DNA of 40,000 nucleotides from Clostridiaceae bacterium HFYG-1003 (GTDB lineage Bacteria; Bacillota; Clostridia; Clostridiales; Clostridiaceae): NCBI GenBank assembly GCA_024579835.1, contig CP102060.1, positions 1,795,558 to 1,835,557 of the forward strand, read 5' to 3'. Shown piece by piece: positions 34,092 to 40,000 of this stretch (position 1 is its first letter; each line of letters starts with the position of its first letter). The notes under the pieces were generated by a model. It saw only the letters and a program-made list of their open reading frames with translations, ran no database searches and was not told where the DNA came from. The position numbers and the translations under genes were made by a program.

Positions 34092-34138
34092 TGCAAAAAT
34101 AATATGCTGCACCGTCTGAATCAGGCGATGCAGCATAT
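34092..34138 (-). terminator. Strong rho-independent terminator of the candidate small RNA
   Basis: On the minus strand, a 13-bp stem ATATGCTGCATCG / CGGTGCAGCATAT (one G-U pair) with an 11-nt loop is followed by UAUUAUUUUUG. Confidence 0.75.
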
Positions 34139-34330
34139 GATGGATTCCCTTGTGCCGTTCCCTCATTTATTCATACCCGCCGAAGCAGGTGGGTTTCCTT
34201 CACCGCCGTCCATGGTCTTCTAGGTTCCAGTGGAGCTAATACTGACCGGACAGGCAGATTTGTTGAATCCCGTAGTAGAAACGTAGGTTGAATATAGATG
34301 AGTTATACGAACACAAGAGGATGTTTTCTG
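34092..34330 (-). ncRNA. Candidate ~230-nt structured RNA of unknown class (independent sRNA or riboswitch-like leader)
   Basis: It has its own near-consensus promoter and terminator. No ORF of 60 aa or more is listed on either strand. A long-range helix joins 34312-34320 with 34147-34154. A C(UUCG)G-capped hairpin lies at 34176-34189, with several further local helices. Confidence 0.5.
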
Positions 34331-34335
34331 AGTTA

Positions 34336-34364
34336 ATTATACCATGTTTTTTCTAGATATCCAA
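34336..34364 (-). promoter_or_regulatory. Sigma-A promoter: TTGGAT, 17-nt spacer, TGgTATAAT
   Basis: On the minus strand, the -35 TTGGAT is at 34364-34359, the spacer is 17 nt, and the extended -10 TGg + TATAAT is at 34344-34336. It overlaps the last codons of the upstream acidic-protein gene. Confidence 0.65.
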
Positions 34365-34871
34365 CTCATCAAGGATGTCTTCGATGTTGAGCCCCTTGCC
34401 TTTTTCGAAGATCAGAGCGACGAACTCATAGGACTCATACTCCTCGTCATCCATGTCATATCCGACGTACTGGACTTCCATTTCCAGATCGTCCTGGATC
34501 TCTTCCAGGATCTCGCCAACGTGGTCGATGGCAATCTCGGAAAGGTATTTCTGTCTGGCATCGCCGAGGAATTCATCCTCTTCATCATAAGCCAGATCTT
34601 CGTCTGTCAGATCTTCTTCCTCAATTTCATCCAGGACATCTCCCAGATCACTTTCTTCTTCGGCTTCATCGTCCATGTCCTCTGCGGGACCATCATCAAA
34701 GCTTTCTTCCTCTTCTTCGGATTCAGCAAATTTCTGAGCTGCGGTCAGTTCATCCTCATCAAAATCATAGTAAAACCGAACCAGGGTCAGCCCGTCTTCT
34801 TCCTTAATGATTTCAATATCGGACAGCTCGGCTGCTTCCAGTGCTTTTACAATTAATTCTTTCTTACTCAT
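34353..34871 (-). CDS. Highly acidic hypothetical protein
   Basis: Track ORF 34353..34895. I moved the start to ATG 34871, preceded by AAGGAGGAG; it overlaps the upstream stop (ATGAGTAA). There are long D/E runs and no family was recognised. Confidence 0.6.
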   Translation of the reverse strand: MSKKELIVKALEAAELSDIEIIKEEDGLTLVRFYYDFDEDELTAAQKFAESEEEEESFDDGPAEDMDDEAEEESDLGDVLDEIEEEDLTDEDLAYDEEDEFLGDARQKYLSEIAIDHVGEILEEIQDDLEMEVQYVGYDMDDEEYESYEFVALIFEKGKGLNIEDILDELDI

Positions 34872-35133
34872 GAGCTCCTCCTTTTCCTTCGTCATATAAT
34901 AACCGGGAATATTCCTTTTTAACTTTCAAAAATTCTTCATCTGAATCCAGGGCATTGAACTCCTCGGTGCCTTCTGCTGACCGGTCTACCCGCAGCACGA
35001 ACTCATCCTCGTCGGATCCCAGCGGTGCCAGAATCAGGTATTCCTGCTCCTCGAGAAAAATCCGAGCGACCGCTTCCAGTTCAATCAGGTTGCCCTCTTC
35101 ATCTTTAAATTTCATAATGTTTTTTTCTTCCAA
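34864..35133 (-). CDS. DUF1292-family small acidic protein
   Basis: 89-aa ORF with TTG start 9 nt after AGGAGG. FKDEEGNLIELEAVARIFLEEQEYLILAPL...EFVLRV matches the DUF1292 pattern. Confidence 0.7.
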   Translation of the reverse strand: MEEKNIMKFKDEEGNLIELEAVARIFLEEQEYLILAPLGSDEDEFVLRVDRSAEGTEEFNALDSDEEFLKVKKEYSRLLYDEGKGGAHE

Positions 35134-35389
35134 TTTACCATCCCTCCTTGACCAATTAAATCATAGCATGAAATCCCCGCTCCAGTCGCCGGGTTCCATG
35201 AAAAACTGCTCCATCCCTTCGATTTTGACGTCAGTTCTCAGATCCGATAATCCAGGAAAGCGGTCTCGATGTGTTGGTCGATTTGCTTTCACTCAATCCC
35301 GGAAAAAAGTCAGAATTTCCAAGCGACATCATTCACTTAACGAACCGCGAGCAACAAACAGCGTGCCGCGAACAACGGACATCGAACAG

Positions 35390-35459
35390 GGTTCTAGGTT
35401 CTAAGTTCTAGGGTCTAAGGTCTAAGTTCTAGGTTCTAGGTTCTAAGTTCTAGGTTCAA
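35390..35459. repeat. Heptanucleotide tandem repeat, 10 units of [G/A]G[T/G]TCTA
   Basis: GGTTCTA GGTTCTA AGTTCTA GGGTCTA AGGTCTA AGTTCTA GGTTCTA GGTTCTA AGTTCTA GGTTCAA. It is intergenic. Confidence 0.9.
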
Positions 35460-35508
35460 GAAAAAATTCAATCGATCACGAACATTGATCAGCCAGGCTC
35501 ACTGAGTT

Positions 35509-35536
35509 CACGTGGAAAGGCTGCCGGAAGGCAGCC
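35509..35536 (-). terminator. Hairpin after the CsbD-like gene
   Basis: 8-bp stem AGGCTGCC / GGCAGCCT with a GGAA loop. The U-tract on the minus strand is short (UUUCC). Confidence 0.5.
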
Positions 35537-35550
35537 TGATATCATTTGTT

Positions 35551-35910
35551 TTATTTGTTGAACCGATCCTTCAAATCTTTTAATTTGTCTTCGGCGAAAT
35601 CCTTGAGGTCCTCTGCCTTGTCCTTGAGATTTTCTCCCAGACCCCCGCTGGCTTCCTTGACATCTTCGAGCACATCTTCCAATTTCTCTTTGATGGGCCG
35701 ATCGGATGTAACGCTTTCCTTGACGTCCTCAAACAGATCCTTTGCTTTGTCCAGAAGGTTGTCTGCTTCGTCTTTTACATCTGCTGCTGTGGACTTTACA
35801 CTTCCGGCTACTTCATCGGTCTTATTGTCAGTGATTTTGCCATAGGCTTCCTGGACTTCCCCTTCAACTTTATCCTTGAGATTTTCCGCTTTGTTTTTTA
35901 AGTCTTCCAT
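35551..35910 (-). CDS. CsbD/YtxH-like general-stress-type hydrophilic protein
   Basis: 119-aa ORF with AAAGGAGAG RBS. It is a repetitive K/D/E-rich helical sequence; the N-terminus KDKVEGEVQEAYGKITDNKTDEVAG is CsbD-like. Confidence 0.55.
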   Translation of the reverse strand: MEDLKNKAENLKDKVEGEVQEAYGKITDNKTDEVAGSVKSTAADVKDEADNLLDKAKDLFEDVKESVTSDRPIKEKLEDVLEDVKEASGGLGENLKDKAEDLKDFAEDKLKDLKDRFNK

Positions 35911-36255
35911 GAGAACTCTCCTTTCAGATCTGGTCTTTGCCAGTGGATTACTATTACATTACAGGAAAACCATTGCATCCGTTTGAATAGTTTGTAAATA
36001 TTTAGCTCAGATCTCTCAGGTGAGCCGGAACAGGGCTGGTCCCGTAAGCTGGAACCGGTAAACCGTCCGATCGGATTGATCCTATCTGCCTGGTCCGATT
36101 TTTCTGAGCCGAGGAGCTTGATCCCATGGTCATGGTCAAGCAGAATTGAGAAAGCGGTGTTGCCAGTGAGAAAGTTGAACGGTCAGGAAAGTCGAAGGGA
36201 TGAACCAAACTTTTCAAGATTGATTCCTAAAGCATTGGTCAATCCTTGAATGCGC

Positions 36256-38493
36256 TTAGGTTGGAAGACGTTCAAACAAGAATTCGAGGTGCAAAGCGCG
36301 AGTCAGGGCAACGTACTTCAGTCTCAGGTCCAACGGATCACTTCCGAAGGATGGTTCGTCCAAGAGGACGACCGCGTCAAATTCCAGCCCTTTTGTCAAA
36401 TAGGATGGAATGATCACCCGGCTCAGAGAACTTTTGCGCTTGGTCACATCAATCAGTTCGTATTGAGGAAACTGCTTTTTCAAGAGTCGATGAAGCTGGG
36501 CTGCCTCTTCGAAGGTTTTTGTCACCAAAGCCAGGGTATTGCGCTGATCGTTCTGCATGATGGCTTCCACTTCCTTCAGGCGTTCTGCCAGCTCTTCACT
36601 GGTCGACCAGGTACTGTGCTGCGGGATGCGTCCGTGTCGCAGGACCGGGATCGCTTCTTTCAGCGGCAGCTGCATCCGGTGCAGGGTGCGATTGGCTTCC
36701 CGGATAATCTCCACAGTTGAACGGTAGCTGTTCCTGAGCTCGTAGTAGGCTGCCCCGCTTTTAAAGAGCTGATTCGCTTCCTGCCAGTCTTTGATGGCCC
36801 GGTAAGAATAGATGCCCTGGGCCAGGTCGCCAACCAGAGTCAGGGAATCCTGGCGGGCCAGACGGCGGATCACTTCGAGCTGGAGCATGGTATAATCCTG
36901 AGCTTCATCCACCACAACATGGGACCAGCTGTGACGGGTTCCGTTCAGCAGCATGGATAGATACATCAAAGCCGACAGATCATCTGCCTGAATCTGATTC
37001 CGATCGAACTGGCAAACCCCTCCCAGCAGCTCCCCCTCCAGCTGGAGATGGTCTCGAACAAAGTCCCGATCCTTCAGCGATTCTTCATACTGGTCCAGCA
37101 CCGAAAGTTCCTTGAAATCAAGAAAATACTCTTTCACCGAACTCTTCGCCATTGCCGTCAGATGCTTCAGAATCTCATCCCGTTCCTGGTAGCACTCCAC
37201 CAGGTGCCGGCGCATCAGCAGCTCATCTTTGGCAAAGTGTCGCTTGATGGTCCGAACTTTTTCCTGGTAGCGCTGATCAATCCGGATTCCGACCTTATCC
37301 GCCCGATCCTTGAGATTTCGCTTCAGATAGGTCTCTATGGCTCCGCGGCGCTCATTCAGCGGCAGATACACTAAATCCTCCAGGAGGAGTCGTCGGATCT
37401 CGTCCCCGCTGTAGAGAACCTCTCCGGCCAGCAGAACCGGTCCCCGGCGGGCCATGGCCGCCTCTGCCCGATCTTTCATGGCATCCAGCAGCCGCATAAA
37501 GGACGGAGTCCCCTTGATCCGGGAAATTTCGGAATGAATGCGGGCGGTCTGCGGGTCCGCCTCCAGGATGCTCTTCAGAATCTCATCCTTATTCCAGATA
37601 AATTTCTTGATCTTCAGCTCCTTCAGGATGATATCTTCCAGCGTAGTCTGAACAACATCCTTGGTTCCAAGGTCCGGCAGAACTTCAGAAATGTAGTCCA
37701 GGAACAGCCGATTGGGCGCGATGATGCAAACATCCGATCCCTTGAGGGTCGCCTGGTGAAGATAGAGCAGGTACGCCAGGCGATGCAGCGCCACCGTTGT
37801 CTTGCCGGCGCCCGCCGCACCCTGAACAATGATGGGGATATTCTTTGGCGCCCGGATGATGGCATTTTGTTCCCGGGCAATCGTTGCGACGATTTCCTTG
37901 AGTTTTTTCGTCGAAGAGCCTTCCAGATTGATCCGAAGAAACTCATCCTGCAGCGTTTTGCCTTCACTGCCCTCGCTGGCAATCAGAATCTGATCGCCCT
38001 CATCAAAGTACCGGTCAATCCTGGGAACCGCTTCATCGGTATAGGTAAACCGTCGCTTCAGCGTCAGATCCCCTTCCATAAAGCCCCCCGGAGCCAGGAA
38101 TTCATTTCTTCCTAACGTTCCGGAATAGTAGAGTTCAGCTACCGGAGCCCGCCAGTCAATGACGTAATCATTACTGGCATCTGTTTCCCGGACAGCATGC
38201 TTTCCAATATACAGATGTTCCGGAGCCAGTGCCAGGCGGGGTCTGAAGTCGATTCGGCCAAAGTACGGCTTATCCCTGGATTCCTCGCCCTTTTGCTGAC
38301 GGGATCTGGCAATCTGCAAGGCCTGAACCGTCAGTTCATATTCCTGGGAGAACGTCCCGCGGCTTTGCTGATAAAGCGTTTCCACCTGCTGTTCCAGGCT
38401 GAAAAGTTCTTTCAGGCGAATTTGCTCCGACCCCTCCATAAATTGGCGTACCAGTTCCAGATACTTTTGTTCCAAATCCAGTTCATGATCCAT
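36256..38493 (-). CDS. helD: HelD-type UvrD-family helicase (RNA polymerase recycling factor)
   Basis: Track ORF 36256..38496 (TTG start); ATG 38493 is the next codon. Motifs are PYFGRIDF (HelD N-domain), IIVQGAAGAGKTTVALHRLAYLLY (Walker A), HVVVDEAQDY and YRST. Confidence 0.85.
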   Translation of the reverse strand: MDHELDLEQKYLELVRQFMEGSEQIRLKELFSLEQQVETLYQQSRGTFSQEYELTVQALQIARSRQQKGEESRDKPYFGRIDFRPRLALAPEHLYIGKHAVRETDASNDYVIDWRAPVAELYYSGTLGRNEFLAPGGFMEGDLTLKRRFTYTDEAVPRIDRYFDEGDQILIASEGSEGKTLQDEFLRINLEGSSTKKLKEIVATIAREQNAIIRAPKNIPIIVQGAAGAGKTTVALHRLAYLLYLHQATLKGSDVCIIAPNRLFLDYISEVLPDLGTKDVVQTTLEDIILKELKIKKFIWNKDEILKSILEADPQTARIHSEISRIKGTPSFMRLLDAMKDRAEAAMARRGPVLLAGEVLYSGDEIRRLLLEDLVYLPLNERRGAIETYLKRNLKDRADKVGIRIDQRYQEKVRTIKRHFAKDELLMRRHLVECYQERDEILKHLTAMAKSSVKEYFLDFKELSVLDQYEESLKDRDFVRDHLQLEGELLGGVCQFDRNQIQADDLSALMYLSMLLNGTRHSWSHVVVDEAQDYTMLQLEVIRRLARQDSLTLVGDLAQGIYSYRAIKDWQEANQLFKSGAAYYELRNSYRSTVEIIREANRTLHRMQLPLKEAIPVLRHGRIPQHSTWSTSEELAERLKEVEAIMQNDQRNTLALVTKTFEEAAQLHRLLKKQFPQYELIDVTKRKSSLSRVIIPSYLTKGLEFDAVVLLDEPSFGSDPLDLRLKYVALTRALHLEFLFERLPT

Positions 38494-38646
38494 CAAACCC
38501 CTCCCCTCTGCTAACTGCAGTTCCTGATAATGACATGATACAGGAAAAGAATTTTACCCCTTTTCCAGATCCCTGACAAGTTCTTTTGTGAAAATATCAT
38601 TCAAACACTCCTGGGAGGTCGCGCTTGCATGCTGCCCCATAGCGAA

Positions 38647-38677
38647 ACCCCGCCAAAAAGTTTCCTTTTGACGGGGT
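38647..38677 (-). terminator. Possible terminator of the nitroreductase gene
   Basis: ACCCCGCCAAAA / TTTTGACGGGGT stem with one mismatch. The U-tract is weak. Confidence 0.35.
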
Positions 38678-38726
38678 AAACCGGTCCTGTTCCCTGGCAC
38701 GGGTCTGTGCCATTTCCCTGTTTAGA

Positions 38727-39497
38727 TCAGGGCTTCAATTTCAAGTCGAATCCCTGGGCAACAATCTGATTCATCATCGCCTGCCGCTCCGGGATTCCGC
38801 CACTCAGTTTCTGGACAACCTGCAGCGTAAAGGAATCTGATCGGCGATTGGCTTCACGAAGGTCATAATACGTCGTCATTTCCTGATCATAATCATTCAG
38901 TCGACTTAGATATTCACCGGGGAATGACTGGTACCGGTCTTCAAACAGTCTCAGTTCCATTCCCATTCTGGGCTTTTGCTGCGGATTCTGGTTAGGGTAT
39001 CCAATTCCGAGTCCTACCACCGGGAAAGTGTATTTAGGCAGCCCCAGCACTTCAATGGTTTTGGCGGGATGATTCAGGATTGAGCCCAGGTATACGGCGC
39101 CCAGACCCAGGCTTTCAACGGCATTGTTGACATTCTGAGCCATCAGGCAGGCATCCGTAAAGCCCTGGAAGAATTTATCCATATCCCCCGCTTTCGCCGG
39201 GTTCTCTCCCATCTCTCTTAATATTTCACTGTTGCGGTGCTGGTCGACGATAAAGATCAGCAGTTCCGGTGCCCTGGCCACGTACTCCTGGCGGCAGACG
39301 TTTGCCAGTTCCTGACGGATTTCAGGATCCTTCACCCGAATGATCGAGCAGGCCTGCATTCCGGTCGACGTCGCTGTTCGGCGGGCTACCTCCATGAGCT
39401 GCTCAAAAACTTCTGCCGCCACTTCATCCGTCTTAAACTCACGGATCGTGCGGTGATTCAGCGGAGCTTCCAGTGCATTCTTCCATTCTGTCATCAT
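38727..39497 (-). CDS. NfsA/NfrA-like NAD(P)H nitroreductase-family flavoprotein
   Basis: 256-aa ORF with AGGAGG RBS. LNHRTIREFK and the overall ~250-aa length are typical of the NfsA-type subfamily. Confidence 0.75.
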   Translation of the reverse strand: MMTEWKNALEAPLNHRTIREFKTDEVAAEVFEQLMEVARRTATSTGMQACSIIRVKDPEIRQELANVCRQEYVARAPELLIFIVDQHRNSEILREMGENPAKAGDMDKFFQGFTDACLMAQNVNNAVESLGLGAVYLGSILNHPAKTIEVLGLPKYTFPVVGLGIGYPNQNPQQKPRMGMELRLFEDRYQSFPGEYLSRLNDYDQEMTTYYDLREANRRSDSFTLQVVQKLSGGIPERQAMMNQIVAQGFDLKLKP

Positions 39498-39757
39498 TAT
39501 CTCCTCCTAATTTGTAATTATCCAACTACAGATGATTATATCACCTGTTTCACAGAAAACAGCAGAACCGATTGAATAATCAGTATCGTCGAATCTTGTT
39601 GCGATCTGAACTGATTCACGGCAACAAAACCTGGATGCAGTCACTGAGAACAGTCCTCACTAAAAAACCGGACCATGAAAAAAAAGTTTCCTCCGGCGAA
39701 ATGATCGGGCTATACTGAAAAGGTCAATAATAATTTTCCCTGAGGAAGGAGATCTCA

Positions 39758-40000
39758 ATGGAACGGTTGGATACGAAGAAAAAAGCACTGGACTGGCTTT
39801 ATCAGGATGAGCTCATGAACCTGATGTCGATCGAGGGACTGGAACACGGTGGTCTGGAAATCCTTTATGCAGGAACTCAGTCTTTGCTGTTATCCGATGG
39901 GACCGCCATGATGATCCATTGCAAGGACCAGTCGGAATGGACTGACCTGCTCCCCAAAGTATGTCAGGAGCTGCCGAAGGATCGGTTTTTTATCCTGAGA
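39758..40000 (+). CDS. Hypothetical protein, N-terminal 81 codons only (runs off the right edge)
   Basis: Absent from the track because there is no stop in the window. GAGGAAGGAG lies 7 nt upstream of ATG 39758. The frame stays open to 40000 (MERLDTKKKALDWLYQDELMNLMSIEGLEHGG...). Confidence 0.5.
   Translation, partial: MERLDTKKKALDWLYQDELMNLMSIEGLEHGGLEILYAGTQSLLLSDGTAMMIHCKDQSEWTDLLPKVCQELPKDRFFILR

Noticed and set aside
35390-35459. The tandem repeat array, considered as a CRISPR array.
   Set aside because: The units are 7 nt long and contiguous with no spacers, and there are no cas genes. This is a microsatellite.
36002-36217. 71-aa minus-strand ORF between helD and the CsbD-like gene.
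   Set aside because: It has no RBS and an S/P/T-rich low-complexity sequence. The region is treated as non-coding (see the low-interest finding).

Overview
The window looks like a Bacillota (Firmicutes)-type chromosome. It has AGGAGG-type RBSs, mostly minus-strand housekeeping genes (PepF, HPr kinase, PerR/Fur-like, HelD, DUF896, DUF1292, nitroreductase), and about 45-53% GC in hand-counted 60-nt lines. It is interrupted at 7137-23961 by a ~16.8-kb decayed prophage. An exact 17-bp direct repeat bounds the element, and an exact 26-bp repeat (2 x 11 bp) sits just inside each end. It keeps only a tyrosine integrase, scarred lysogeny and early genes, tail/receptor-binding genes and a lysis cassette. 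It carries two AT-rich cargo blocks. The first is the C-terminal toxin tip of a 1865-aa RHS/YD-repeat protein plus a candidate immunity gene. The second is a self-contained three-gene cassette ending in a PIN-like nuclease. The RHS gene has lost its in-frame start and signal peptide through a 1-nt frame break. Immediately right of the prophage lies the most unusual chromosomal locus, a tightly packed three-gene operon. It encodes a ~1575-aa fusion protein (HD, HEAT-like, NMNAT-like, GNAT-like and PRTase-like regions), a divergent LDH/MDH-fold protein and a PHP phosphoesterase. I cannot match it to any described pathway. Other items are a promoter-to-terminator ~230-nt structured RNA candidate (34092-34330), a 10-copy heptanucleotide microsatellite (35390-35459), and two long GC-normal non-coding stretches. 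I saw no rRNA, tRNA or CRISPR array. All family calls come from motif recognition by eye; no searches were run.
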